NCBI GenBank assembly: GCA_036351155.1
Contig: JAZBOO010000203.1
Location: 1 to 18,061, forward strand
Direction: 5' to 3'
Length of the DNA: 18,061 nucleotides
Origin: Candidatus Krumholzibacteriia bacterium
GTDB lineage: Bacteria > Krumholzibacteriota > Krumholzibacteriia > LZORAL124-64-63
This document shows positions 5,865 to 15,998 of the stretch, piece by piece. The position numbers were made by a program, and so were the translations under genes. Below the pieces are notes generated by a model, which was not told where the DNA came from, ran no database searches, and saw only the letters and a list, made by a program, of their open reading frames with translations. Within the stretch, counting starts at the first letter, position 1, and each line of letters starts with the position of its first letter.

Positions 5865-8800
5865 CTAGAAAACAAAGGTCGCCTCCAGCCCCAGTCCCAG
5901 ACTGGTTGTGCTCTGATTCGTGGCCAGGTTCTTGTTGTAACTGAAGATGAACCGCAGAGCGCCGCTCAGGTTCCGGGACACCTGGTAGCTGAACCGCGGG
6001 TTGGTACTCCACCGCTTGGTGCCGGTGGGCGTGCTGGAGCTGCTGCCGGGATTGAAGCGCTGGGTCTTGTCGTTCTGGTAGGTCACATCCACATCCATGT
6101 TGATGGTGGGATTGCTGCCCGGGCGATACAGGCCCAGCCTGGCCAGCATCTTCTGGGCCCGGAACTGGTGCCGCAGCTGCATGCTGTAACGATTGCGCCG
6201 GGTCTCGGTGAGAATACCGTTGTTCAGGGCATCGTCCTTGCTGATCGTGGCCGTCAGGGTGGCCGACATACCGCTGTGAAAATTGAAGGTCAGCCGCGGG
6301 TTGATCGCCGTGTTCACGGCCGGGTTGTAGCTGATGCTGGTCATGTTGTTGACCGTCTTGCTGCGCTTGTAGCTGAAATTGAAGGTACTGGACCGGAACC
6401 ACCCGCTGTTGGGATCTGACGATCCTCCGAGCAGCCCCCACTTCTCGATACCGGTCAGGTTGATGCTCGCATCGGGCCAGTCCTGCTGATAGCTCTTGCT
6501 GCGCGAGGACACCTGTTCCTTGAGCGACACGCTATTGGAAAACTTCATGTCCAGGGAAAGATTCTTGGCCAGCTTGGAGGTGGTCGAAAGGTCCAGCACC
6601 TGACGTTCCTGGAAAGAGCTGGAGACATACAGGGAATCGGCCACACTGGCGGTGTTGGCCAGACCGGTCTGGTACCAGAAGGACGGCATGGTCTGCATCC
6701 GGTTGTAGCTGCTGGCCCTGCGATCGCTGTAGGTCACCTTGACCGGAGTGATGTTGCGGATCGGGTTGAGCCCCACGTTGTACAGGCGGGCCAGGCTCAG
6801 GATGGGTTCGCCCTTGGCCTCGGTGGGCTCGCTGCCCATCCCCCGGTCGCGCTCTTCATCGAGCCGCTGCTCGGCCTCCCGGAGCAGGCGTTCCTCTTCG
6901 CGCTGCTGCCTCTCTTCGGGTGTCAGATCTTCCAGGTTCGCATCGGTCTGGTCCTGGTCCTGCGCCTGTCCCGTCCGCAGCTTCTGCTGCTCCAGGCGCT
7001 TCTGCTCATCGATCAGCCTCTGCCGGTCCCGATCCGAATACTTCTTCTCGGGCAACAGCTTGGTGAACGCATCGCCCACCGGAACGTTCAGGCGGAATTC
7101 CCAGGAGTTGTTGTTGCTGACATTGCGCACCCCGGGAGGATCGCCTTCCTGGGCGATGGCCGGCCGGTGGTCATCGGCAAACTGGCCCTGGAACTGGATG
7201 CTCGGCCGCACCTTGGCCAGGCCCCGGGCCATGGCGCGGAAGGGGTAAAAGACCGGGCCGCCGGGAAGTTCCTTGGCCAGCGGCGGCGTGATGGTCATGC
7301 GCACGTCGTAATTGCGCTTCTCCTCCTCGCCAATGTTCAAACCCAGCTGCCGCTTCTCGCGCAACAGATCCCGGTCGCTCCCTCCCGAGGCCGTCAGATC
7401 CAGCACCGAAAGCGGCTTGTAATCGAGGCTGGCCGTCAGCTTGCCGGGCCTCTGGACGACGGTCGTACTGCGCGTGGGCTCGCCCAGATCGTTGAAGGTG
7501 GTCGAGGCATCGTAGGTGCTGGTGAAGCTGGCTCCGAAGGCGATCTTGCGCGGCACGATGGACAGTCCGCTGACGATGGGGATGTACTTCAGGAGGGGAT
7601 ATCTCCCCAGGCGGTAATCCCCGGAAATCCGGAGGTCGTAGTTCAGCGAGCCCTGCAGGTTCTTCTTGTAGCGATCCTGCAGCGGACCGTTGATCTGGTT
7701 TTGCGAACCGTTCAGCAGGATGGTGAACGGATCGATCAGGTACCGTGGGATGGCAGACTGGCTGGGCGTGTGGCTGAGGCGCGTGGAGAACCGCTCCTGG
7801 GTGTCGATGGTCGACAGGCGATTCCGCACGTTCTCGTCGATGATCTCGACGTCGCTGTTGGTCTGGTACTTGGGGCGGTTCAGGGTCTGGCGCCGGCTGC
7901 CCGTGACCGGTAGCTTGAACCCCAGCAGGGGAATGAAATCCTCCACGTTGAAACTGGTGGAGAAACTCCAGTCCTCGTTGTTGATACCCGTGCCCACCCG
8001 CTGATCCAGCCCGTGGTACTCGGCGTCCCGCCGCGACCAGTCCATGTCCATGTTGATCACATCGGCCATGTTCAGGCGCACTCCGGCCCTCTGGGCCAGA
8101 CCCGTGTCCTTCTTCACGCCCTCCAGCTTCACGTCGTTGATGTAGAAGTAGCCGCTGACATCGGTGCTCAGCTCGTTGTTGGCCACCACGAAGTAGTAGC
8201 GCCGGACCTTGCGCAGATCGGGCCGCCCCACCACCCGGACCCGGTAGGGCTGACCGGTGCGCAGATCGTGAACTTCGCCGTGGATCACACCCTGGGCGTC
8301 GACCTCGTTGTTCTTCACGTTGGTCAGCTCGGGGATCTCGAAGTTCATGTACTTCCAGCCGGTCTTGACGTCCGACTCGTTGAAGCGATAGCCCACCTCG
8401 TAGTAGTTCAGCGTGTCGGAACCGACCCGGAAGAACAGATCCACATCGGCGGTCTGATGGCTGGGGTTATACCAGTACCACGACATTTCCCGGTACCCGG
8501 TGTAGTCGTCGCCCCGGGGTGAGACCTGCTTGCTGGCGCGGACCATGTGGCCCTCGTCCAGGTTGCGGAAGTCCACCACCATGCTCTGTTCCTTCTCGGG
8601 AATGTTGTTCACCTCGTTGACGGTGAACGGCGGGAAGTAGTCGGGATTTTCCTTGTTGTTCACCTCGCCCAGGAAGAACTCCTCGCCGGGCAGGCGCTCA
8701 CCTTCGCTGAGCAGCACTTCCCCGTCCACGCGCCGCACGCCTTCGCGCTCCCAGCGGCTGCCCAGGAACTTGAACTCGCTCAGTTGCAAACGCTTCGATT

Positions 8801-11800
8801 CGGGGGCGCCGGGCTCGGGGTCCTCGTACCAGACACGCACATGAGTGATGGCCTCGATGTTGGGCGAGGAGGTGCTGCTGAACCGGTCAATGTCGCCCAG
8901 GCGGATCCGGTACTTGCGCCAGGCCATGTTGGCATTGACCAGGTCCTGCACATCGTCGTAGTCATAAACCACGTCCACCAGGGCTTCGGTTTCCCGCAGG
9001 TCAATGGTGGCGGTGAAATAGCCATTGTCCCGATCCAGCCGGCCGTTCCCGTTGATGTCCTCGGTGTCTTCCCGGCTGTTGCGCGCCGTCCCGTTGATGT
9101 AGGGGAAGGGGGCGTCGCCGTCGGCATCGTACTCGGCACTGTAACGCTGGGGTCCGTTTTCGCCCTCGCCGTCCAGACCCACATCCTCGAGGTAAGACCA
9201 CACGCCGTCGGCCTCTTCACCGGGCAAGATGCCGTCCTCCTGCTCCAGCTGGTTCAGAATGAAGTTGCCGTCGTCGTCCAGCGGCCAGAAGCCATCCTCG
9301 CTGATGTATCCGAAGTCGATATGGACACGTCCCCGGCGGTTGAGAAGTTCAGGTTCGCCGTCATTGATCCAGATCTCCACGAACTGGGACTTGGACAGGT
9401 CACGCCCTGTCCGGCTGACCCCGCGCATGATGCCGCCCCAGCTCTCGGCGTCCCAGCCATCGTCGTCCTTCATGTACAGGTCCATGACCTGCTGGGTCTC
9501 GCCCCGCTCCTGATTGACCAGGTCAGGGTTGAGCATGCGGCGTTCCACGCGCTCACGCGGCAGGAACCAGCGCGTGTCCACCCGGTCCTCATGGTCGAAG
9601 GAACGCATGTCGTCAGGGTTGGCGAATGTGTAATCCTCGCCCAGGAAGGGGGTGCTGGACCAGGACCAGCCGGTACGAGTCAGGCTGATGATGTCCGAGG
9701 CATCGACCCCTTCGAAATCCTCCAGGAACACCCGGCCCTTGGTGTTGGGGTTGGGCAGGCTGAGGGCCATTTCGCCGGAGAACTGCAGGGAACTTTCCCG
9801 CTCGGTGTTCACCCGGCTCAGGAAATTGGCCACGTGGGTCAGGACGTAGGGCCGGAAGGTATGAGAAAGACTGATGTTGCCCACCAGAGTCTTGCTGGGT
9901 TCCTCACCCAGCTTGGCTTTCTCCCCCACGATATCTTCGCTCTGGTACAGCCAGGTGGTGGACAGCTTGCTGTCTCGCCCCAGATCGTAGCCCAGGTTCA
10001 TGCCCAGCAGGCTGCTGCTGCCGCCGCCGAAGAACGGCGCGTAGCTGTAATTCACCGAGATCTTGCTGTCGGCATTCAGATTGGCCGCATCGCCCTTGAG
10101 TTCGATCTGCCCGAAGGTGTAGTCGATCTCGTAATCGACGCCCTTCTGCAAAGTTCGCCCGTCCAGGGTCACCGACTCGCTGCCCTCCTCGATGTTGGAC
10201 ACACCCAGGTTGAAGCTGCTGGCCGCCGAGGCGTGGCTGGCCACCAGGCGGAACTTCCCGAACTGAGGGTACTGGGTCGGCAGCACGTCGGGATCGTATA
10301 GCTCCGGGGTCAGGGTTCCATCCTCACTCAGATAGGAGGAGCCCCAGTCGAAGTTGGGATCATCGGCATAGGCCTCGTACTGGGCCTGGTCGGCCGCAAA
10401 CGGGGTGGGGAATTCGAAGGTGGGAAACTTCAGGATTCCCTTTTGCAGATCGAAAAGCAGGGGATCGTTCCAGTCCACGATCCCGTCGGGTCCCCCCGTG
10501 AGCTGGGGATCCGTCTGGTCCAGGCCGAAGATCTGGATGTAGGGAATGTTGCTGCCCAAGTCCTGATCGGGCTGCAGGCTGGAGTCGTCCCGTTCGATGC
10601 GAAAGTCAAATGTGGTCTCGTCAATGCCAGCGCCGCCCAGGGAATAGATGTTCCGCAGAACGTACCGGAAGCTGATGGGTTCCTTCTTGTTGGACGGGGC
10701 CTTGAGCAGCTTCATGCGGTAGTAGAGTTCAGATTCATCGGGCAAGGACACGCGATCCCCGTCATCTGTCCCCGGCCGGTCGCCCACCTGGTACAGAACC
10801 TCACGCGTGGTGCGGTCCACCACGTTGTAGATCACCGCAAGGTAGTCTTCTGCGGCCATCTGGGAATTCATGTCCACGGCCACCAGGTCGCCTTCGCTGT
10901 CCAGCAGCAGGTCGAAATTGTCGATCTCCCGCCACCGCACGCCGTGCTCATAGTCGCTGGACCAGTCGGGCTCTGGACTGCCTGCTGCGTTCCAGAAGGT
11001 CCCCGTGGAGTCCAGGTACACCGCCACGTTGCGAATGTCCATGTCGCCCAGGGGCCCTACCCCCATCAGGCGGTAGATCTTGATCGACCCGGTGTCGATG
11101 ACCTCCTGGGCGGGGTTCCGGCCCGGGCTGTCCATGAAATTGGGATCGGACCCGGCGGGCAGATCCAGCTTGAAAAACCGGTTGTTCAAATACTGGTAGC
11201 TGTAGATGATGAAGTCCTCGACCTGGCCGCCCTTGCTGTTGAAGGTCTTGGCCGAGGCTTCGGCTTTCTGCTTGCTGGCCACGGCGGTGAACTCGGCGCG
11301 TCCCACCTGACCGGTCACCTTGATGCCGAACAGCCCCGACTTGTTGGAGCTGTAGCCCAGCAGCTGACTGCCGGGCAGGGTCAGTCCCACGTCACCGGTC
11401 TCGATGGTGCGGATGATCTCGTCCTCGAGGCCCTGGTACATCAGCTTGATCTTGGTGGCCTCCGGACCAATCGCCGCCGAGTTGTGGTCCACCTCGATGA
11501 TGATCTTCTCGCCGATGGTTCCCGACAGGTTGACCTGCAGTTCCTGTTCCATGTCCAGGGAGGGGAACAGCGACTGGCTGCTCACCCGCTCGGTGGGCAC
11601 GAACGGATTGACCACCGTGCTCTCTCCGCTGATGGCAATGCGTTCCCGGCCGGAGATCTTGATCTTGGTCTTCTCACCCCGGCCGATGATCTTCTCGAGG
11701 GTGCGCGGCAGCTTGATGGGGATCGTCAGGTTGATCAGCCCCTCGTTGTTCTGCCCGCTGCGGCCGGCACCGGCTATGTCGAGGGATTCGTCGCGCACCA

Positions 11801-12311
11801 TGACGTGCCGCACGAGGTGGCGCCGCCGGGCTCCGCGGTCCACCTCGTCCACAAAAAGGCGGACCACCGGGTCGCTCACAGGACGGGGAGGATAAAAGGT
11901 CATGCCCCCGGGCAAGGTTTCGGGCGCCGGAAACAGGAAAAAGAACTTGGGGTACTCGAAAACTGTCATGAGGCCCGTGGCCCCGTTGTACTCGACCAGC
12001 TGCTCTTTCCGGTCGAGGTCGTAGCCGCTCTTCTTGCGCCAGTGGCGGTAGATCTGATCGTAGAGATTCGGCTGGCGCCCCTTGTCCCGCACCGGGTCAA
12101 TGCCCACGGCCAGCAGGCGTTCCCGCATGATCAGGCGCTCGACCCCCAGCAGGCGGGGATCTTCGGTGGTGGAGATCACCGGGTCCAGGGAGTACAGCAG
12201 GAGACCTTCGTAATTCGGATCGGCATGAGCCTCGGGGGCGGGAACCAGACTGCCAAGCAGCACCAGCAGCACAGTGAGCACCGTGATTCGGCTGAGGGCT
12301 GGATGGGACAA
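5865..12311 (-). CDS. sprA: SprA-family large outer-membrane beta-barrel (T9SS translocon homologue)
   Basis: 2148 aa with an N-terminal signal peptide. SprA-type motifs: QVNLSGTIGEK, IKLMYQG.EDEII..IE.GDV, GLFGIK, LRNIYSLG, EGSESVTLDG..L..GVDY.IDYTFG, WGGIMR, DVGLDG and TEDINGNG.LD. Amphipathic beta-strands and terminal Phe (TFVF). Confidence 0.9.
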   Translation of the reverse strand: MSHPALSRITVLTVLLVLLGSLVPAPEAHADPNYEGLLLYSLDPVISTTEDPRLLGVERLIMRERLLAVGIDPVRDKGRQPNLYDQIYRHWRKKSGYDLDRKEQLVEYNGATGLMTVFEYPKFFFLFPAPETLPGGMTFYPPRPVSDPVVRLFVDEVDRGARRRHLVRHVMVRDESLDIAGAGRSGQNNEGLINLTIPIKLPRTLEKIIGRGEKTKIKISGRERIAISGESTVVNPFVPTERVSSQSLFPSLDMEQELQVNLSGTIGEKIIIEVDHNSAAIGPEATKIKLMYQGLEDEIIRTIETGDVGLTLPGSQLLGYSSNKSGLFGIKVTGQVGRAEFTAVASKQKAEASAKTFNSKGGQVEDFIIYSYQYLNNRFFKLDLPAGSDPNFMDSPGRNPAQEVIDTGSIKIYRLMGVGPLGDMDIRNVAVYLDSTGTFWNAAGSPEPDWSSDYEHGVRWREIDNFDLLLDSEGDLVAVDMNSQMAAEDYLAVIYNVVDRTTREVLYQVGDRPGTDDGDRVSLPDESELYYRMKLLKAPSNKKEPISFRYVLRNIYSLGGAGIDETTFDFRIERDDSSLQPDQDLGSNIPYIQIFGLDQTDPQLTGGPDGIVDWNDPLLFDLQKGILKFPTFEFPTPFAADQAQYEAYADDPNFDWGSSYLSEDGTLTPELYDPDVLPTQYPQFGKFRLVASHASAASSFNLGVSNIEEGSESVTLDGRTLQKGVDYEIDYTFGQIELKGDAANLNADSKISVNYSYAPFFGGGSSSLLGMNLGYDLGRDSKLSTTWLYQSEDIVGEKAKLGEEPSKTLVGNISLSHTFRPYVLTHVANFLSRVNTERESSLQFSGEMALSLPNPNTKGRVFLEDFEGVDASDIISLTRTGWSWSSTPFLGEDYTFANPDDMRSFDHEDRVDTRWFLPRERVERRMLNPDLVNQERGETQQVMDLYMKDDDGWDAESWGGIMRGVSRTGRDLSKSQFVEIWINDGEPELLNRRGRVHIDFGYISEDGFWPLDDDGNFILNQLEQEDGILPGEEADGVWSYLEDVGLDGEGENGPQRYSAEYDADGDAPFPYINGTARNSREDTEDINGNGRLDRDNGYFTATIDLRETEALVDVVYDYDDVQDLVNANMAWRKYRIRLGDIDRFSSTSSPNIEAITHVRVWYEDPEPGAPESKRLQLSEFKFLGSRWEREGVRRVDGEVLLSEGERLPGEEFFLGEVNNKENPDYFPPFTVNEVNNIPEKEQSMVVDFRNLDEGHMVRASKQVSPRGDDYTGYREMSWYWYNPSHQTADVDLFFRVGSDTLNYYEVGYRFNESDVKTGWKYMNFEIPELTNVKNNEVDAQGVIHGEVHDLRTGQPYRVRVVGRPDLRKVRRYYFVVANNELSTDVSGYFYINDVKLEGVKKDTGLAQRAGVRLNMADVINMDMDWSRRDAEYHGLDQRVGTGINNEDWSFSTSFNVEDFIPLLGFKLPVTGSRRQTLNRPKYQTNSDVEIIDENVRNRLSTIDTQERFSTRLSHTPSQSAIPRYLIDPFTILLNGSQNQINGPLQDRYKKNLQGSLNYDLRISGDYRLGRYPLLKYIPIVSGLSIVPRKIAFGASFTSTYDASTTFNDLGEPTRSTTVVQRPGKLTASLDYKPLSVLDLTASGGSDRDLLREKRQLGLNIGEEEKRNYDVRMTITPPLAKELPGGPVFYPFRAMARGLAKVRPSIQFQGQFADDHRPAIAQEGDPPGVRNVSNNNSWEFRLNVPVGDAFTKLLPEKKYSDRDRQRLIDEQKRLEQQKLRTGQAQDQDQTDANLEDLTPEERQQREEERLLREAEQRLDEERDRGMGSEPTEAKGEPILSLARLYNVGLNPIRNITPVKVTYSDRRASSYNRMQTMPSFWYQTGLANTASVADSLYVSSSFQERQVLDLSTTSKLAKNLSLDMKFSNSVSLKEQVSSRSKSYQQDWPDASINLTGIEKWGLLGGSSDPNSGWFRSSTFNFSYKRSKTVNNMTSISYNPAVNTAINPRLTFNFHSGMSATLTATISKDDALNNGILTETRRNRYSMQLRHQFRAQKMLARLGLYRPGSNPTINMDVDVTYQNDKTQRFNPGSSSSTPTGTKRWSTNPRFSYQVSRNLSGALRFIFSYNKNLATNQSTTSLGLGLEATFVF

Positions 12312-12468
12312 GCTCGGCTCCTTCCGGGAATCCCGGCGGGCAAATCCTTCTTGTGTTCAAGCCGCCCTTGGCCAGTTTATAGTGGCGGGCAGCGGGCGCG
12401 TCCTCGAAATTGGTCAACCTGAACCCGGAACTGACCAGATGACTCGAGAGTATACCGGCAGGATTCCG

Positions 12469-12495
12469 TACACGATCCGACTCGCAGGCCGATAT
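12469..12495 (+). promoter_or_regulatory. Possible sigma28-like promoter upstream of lptF
   Basis: TACA-N15-GCCGATAT. The -10 is strong and the -35 matches 3/4. Confidence 0.35.
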
Positions 12496-12605
12496 TCCGA
12501 TGGTGGCCACGGGGCCCCGAGGGCTTCCAGGATTGAATCAGACCGGCCGCGAGATGCGGACCGGGACCAGATCAAAACGGACAAGGACACTCAGAGAAAC
12601 ACCAT

Positions 12606-14009
12606 ATGTCATTGATATACAGGCATTTAATTCGAGTGGCAGCGGGGCCGTTTTTCTTCGGCTTGTTCGTCGTCACGTTCCTGCTGATGATAAATGTCCT
12701 GTACACCTACGTCGATCTCTTTGTCACCAAAGGTGTTCCCTTCGTCACCGCGACCAAGTTCCTGGTCCTCAGTCTGGGCCACACCTTTGCATTATCCGTA
12801 CCAATGTCCGTCCTGATTGCCGTGCTGATGGGCGTCGGACAAATGGCTGCCGACAACGAAATTACCGCCCTGAAAGCCAGTGGCATCAGCCTCTGGTCTG
12901 TCCTTTTTCCCCTGGTCCTGGCCGGTTTCGCCGTTTTTGTCAGCCAGACGGCCTACAATCACTTCATCTTCCCCCATGCCAACCACGCCCTGGCCAACCT
13001 GAGCTATGACATCAGCCGTTCCAAGCCCATGCTGGAGATCCAGGAGCGGCGATTCACCGAGATGAGCGAGAAGCTGACCATATACGTCCGGGAGAAGGAC
13101 GATCTGACCGGCCGCATCGAGGACGTGACCATCTTCGAGAAGGCCAAGCCCAACGATCTGACCCCGCGCCTGACCCTGGCCACCTGGGGCACCATCGTTC
13201 CCGACCATGCGTCGGACAGCATGCTGATCGAACTGCACGACGGAGAAATCCACGACCGGCCGGACCCGGAAAACCCCGACACGTATCAGATCAACCGCTT
13301 CAAGAAATACAACCTGACGATCGACAATGTGGAACGGGATTTCCAGTCCTCCAACCGGAAATCGAAAAGTGACCGGGAAATGGATCTGCGCGAGTTGCTG
13401 GATGCCGCGGCGGTCCAGAGGGAGCGTCAGGCGGAAATCCAGGGCACGGTGGCCGGGCAGGGACAAAACCTGGTGAAATGGCAATTTGGCCTGCTGTCCG
13501 CGAAGAAGCGCGACATGGTCCTGGGTGTGCGCGAAGCCCCCACCAACAAGAGCGCCCGACGCAGCTGGCTGCAGAAAAAATTCCGGACCACCCGCCAGAA
13601 GGTCACCCGGGTGGTGGAGCAGTCGGGCTACCAGGAGCGCATCCAGCGCGATTTCCGGACCAAGGAATACCGCTACATGGTGGAGTTTCACAAGAAATTC
13701 GCCATTCCCTTCGCCTGCGTGGTCTTCACCCTGCTGGGTGTACCCATGGCCGTGACCGCCTCCCGGAGCGGCAAGGGCGTCAGCGTCAGTCTTGCCATCG
13801 CGGTCTTTCTGGTCTACTACCTGTTCCTGATGGGCGGAGAGCGCTTCGCCGACCGGGGCATGCTCAACCCGGCGGTGGCCATGTGGAGTGCCAACATTCT
13901 CCTGCTGTGTGCCGGGGTTCCCCTGTTCTTCAAGGCCGTGCGCGAAGGATCCCTGCTGAGCATCACCCTGCGGCCCCCGGTCAAGGAAAAGGACGAGGAT
14001 CAGACCTGA
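12606..14009 (+). CDS. lptF: LPS export ABC transporter permease LptF (YjgP/YjgQ family)
   Basis: Three N-terminal TMs, ADNEITALKASGIS coupling helix, periplasmic domain, EFHKKFAIPFAC..F.LLGVP and three C-terminal TMs. First gene of the tandem pair. Confidence 0.88.
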   Translation: MSLIYRHLIRVAAGPFFFGLFVVTFLLMINVLYTYVDLFVTKGVPFVTATKFLVLSLGHTFALSVPMSVLIAVLMGVGQMAADNEITALKASGISLWSVLFPLVLAGFAVFVSQTAYNHFIFPHANHALANLSYDISRSKPMLEIQERRFTEMSEKLTIYVREKDDLTGRIEDVTIFEKAKPNDLTPRLTLATWGTIVPDHASDSMLIELHDGEIHDRPDPENPDTYQINRFKKYNLTIDNVERDFQSSNRKSKSDREMDLRELLDAAAVQRERQAEIQGTVAGQGQNLVKWQFGLLSAKKRDMVLGVREAPTNKSARRSWLQKKFRTTRQKVTRVVEQSGYQERIQRDFRTKEYRYMVEFHKKFAIPFACVVFTLLGVPMAVTASRSGKGVSVSLAIAVFLVYYLFLMGGERFADRGMLNPAVAMWSANILLLCAGVPLFFKAVREGSLLSITLRPPVKEKDEDQT

Positions 14010-15082
14010 TGCCCATCATCCACCGGCACCTGCTGCTGACCTTCCTGCGCAATCTGGCCTATACACTGATCGGGTCACTGGTCCTGTTCATCCTCCTGGA
14101 TTTGCTCGGCCACATCGGCAGCCTGGTCGACAACCACGCCACCACCTCCATGGTCCTGCGCTATTACCTGTACAAGAGCGTCTGGATCCTCGACACCGTG
14201 CTGCCCATCTCCATGCTCATGGCCACCCTGTTCACCGTGGGTACCATGGCCCGCTACCTGGAACTGACGGCCCTTTTTTCCTCGGGATGGTCTCTTCTCA
14301 AGATCACACGCCCTCTGGTGGTGCTGGCCCTGCTGGCCTCGGTGGGGTCCTTTGCCTGGCGCGAATATGTCCTGCCCGAGGCCAACCTGCGGGTTTACCG
14401 GGTGTGGGAAGTCGAGATTCACGGCAACCCCGATCGCATCAAGCCCACCACCAACATCGCCATCACCGGGCCGGAAGGGCGCCTCTACCACGCGCGCAAG
14501 TACGACCCCAACACCGGCATTCTGACCGGATTGAAGGTGGTGACCAAGCAGGGAGCCCAGGTCATCGAGCGGATAGACGCGGCCCGTGCCGAGTGGGATG
14601 GCGAGTACTGGACTCTGGTCGATGGAGTGCGGCGGCGCTTCCATGAGGGCCAGGAAACCACCGAGACCTTCGAGCGTCTGACGGCCTCGGATCTGGTGGT
14701 GTCCCCGCGATCGTTTTACCGGGACCGGGTGCGCCAGCGGGACATGAACATCCGGCAGTTGAGGGACCACGTGGCCCTGGTCCGGGAAACCGGCGGCGAC
14801 CCCACCACCGGCCTGGTCGATATCCAGTACAATCTGGCTTTTCCCCTGATCAACCTGATCGTGGTTTTGATCGGACTGATCCTGGCCTCGGGCCACCGGA
14901 AGACCACGGTGGCCTCGGGCTTTGGCCTGACGCTGCTGGTCAGCTTCGGTTACTACCTCTTCATGAACTTCGGCAAGGCACTGGGACACAACGGCACCCT
15001 GCCCCCGGTGGCTTCGGCCTGGGCCGGCAACGCCTTTTTTGCCATGGTGTTCCTGGTCCTCTATGCCCGGGCCAGACGTTGA
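14009..15082 (+). CDS. lptG: LPS export ABC transporter permease LptG (YjgP/YjgQ family)
   Basis: ATG overlaps the lptF stop (TGATG). ARYLELTALFSSGWS, LAFPLINL and LPPVASAWAGN motifs; 357 aa. Confidence 0.88.
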   Translation: MPIIHRHLLLTFLRNLAYTLIGSLVLFILLDLLGHIGSLVDNHATTSMVLRYYLYKSVWILDTVLPISMLMATLFTVGTMARYLELTALFSSGWSLLKITRPLVVLALLASVGSFAWREYVLPEANLRVYRVWEVEIHGNPDRIKPTTNIAITGPEGRLYHARKYDPNTGILTGLKVVTKQGAQVIERIDAARAEWDGEYWTLVDGVRRRFHEGQETTETFERLTASDLVVSPRSFYRDRVRQRDMNIRQLRDHVALVRETGGDPTTGLVDIQYNLAFPLINLIVVLIGLILASGHRKTTVASGFGLTLLVSFGYYLFMNFGKALGHNGTLPPVASAWAGNAFFAMVFLVLYARARR

Positions 15083-15096
15083 TTCTTCTGGACTCC

Positions 15097-15125
15097 TTGC
15101 CTGCTCTGCCCTAGCTTAATACATT
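15097..15125 (+). promoter_or_regulatory. sigma70-like promoter upstream of the PKD lipoprotein
   Basis: TTGCCT-N17-TACATT in an AT-richer intergenic stretch. Confidence 0.4.
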
Positions 15126-15228
15126 GATGCGACCAGGCAGGATCGGACCGCCTTGAGATTTCTCCGGAATTCTTGAAGGAAAAAGGTCCGAGTGAAGTCC
15201 GCCACCCCACAGGGAGTACCGAGAACCC

Positions 15229-15876
15229 ATGAAACGTGCCCTACTGCTTCTTTTTCCGGCCCTCTTGCTGGCCTTCGTGGCTCTGAGCGGCTGTGACGAC
15301 GAATCCAAACCGGCCTTCACCCGACTGATCGTTTATCCCGATTGCGGGGTCATGCCGCTACAGGTGGAAGGTCTGGCCATCGTCTCCGGCGGCAACGAGA
15401 CCGGCAGCCCCACCGGGGGCAACAACAACCTGGAAATCCAGTGGAATTTCGGGGACGGAGGCACCAGTCAAACCTCCATTTCCTACCACACTTTCCAGGA
15501 TGCTGGGGAATACCTGGTCCAGGTCACGGCCACCGACCCCGATGGCAACAAGGCCACGGCCTCCTACCCCGTGACCGTGTATGCCGACAGCTTGTTTATC
15601 GAGGCTCTGTCCACACCCGAGGCCGGCACCATTCCCGTGAACACGGTCGTGTCGTTTGATGTGACAGCCGAGTCCTGTGAAATCGATCCCATGATCGAAG
15701 GCGATTTCGTGAAACTGGCTTACCGCTGGGATTTTGGTGATCGGGTATTTACCGAGCGCCAGATCACCCGGATGTGGGACACGCCCGGAACCTACCAGGT
15801 GATCCTGGCAGTGTCTGACCCGGCCCTGTCCGTGACCCGCAGGGACACCCTGGAATTCACGGTCACCGACCCCTGA
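15229..15876 (+). CDS. PKD-domain lipoprotein (two PKD/Ig-like domains)
   Basis: MKR plus hydrophobic core and lipobox LSG-C. Two PKD signatures: WNFGDG...HTF..AGEYLVQVTATD and YRWDFGD...PGTYQVILAVSD. Confidence 0.88.
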   Translation: MKRALLLLFPALLLAFVALSGCDDESKPAFTRLIVYPDCGVMPLQVEGLAIVSGGNETGSPTGGNNNLEIQWNFGDGGTSQTSISYHTFQDAGEYLVQVTATDPDGNKATASYPVTVYADSLFIEALSTPEAGTIPVNTVVSFDVTAESCEIDPMIEGDFVKLAYRWDFGDRVFTERQITRMWDTPGTYQVILAVSDPALSVTRRDTLEFTVTDP

Positions 15877-15897
15877 TTCCGGGTTTCTTGAATGCCT

Positions 15898-15932
15898 GCC
15901 CCTGTCGGTCCTTCCGGCAGGGGCTTCTTTTT
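15898..15932 (+). terminator. Intrinsic terminator
   Basis: Stem GCCCCTGTCGG / CCGGCAGGGGC (one G-U pair) with a 5-nt loop, followed by TTCTTTTT. Confidence 0.85.
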
Positions 15933-15998
15933 GCGGTGGTACTTCCCCCACCATCCGACTATTCTGCAGAGAATGGAAGACCCCAACCCCAGGATATC

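Noticed and set aside
9020..9300. Asp/Gly-rich DxNGNG-like motifs in SprA as a novel Ca-binding repeat array
   Set aside because: DVGLDG and EDINGNG.LD are motifs I recognise as general to SprA homologues, so they are not specific to this locus.
8547..12422. Long plus-strand ORFs (584 aa and 659 aa) antisense to sprA, and similar shadow ORFs elsewhere (5034-6419, 12792-13691, 15792-16874)
   Set aside because: Expected in GC-rich DNA opposite codon-biased genes. They have no recognisable motifs and overlap well-supported genes.
13478..14008. N-terminal extension of the 534-aa ORF
   Set aside because: It overlaps lptF out of frame. LptG homology begins at the coupled ATG at 14009.
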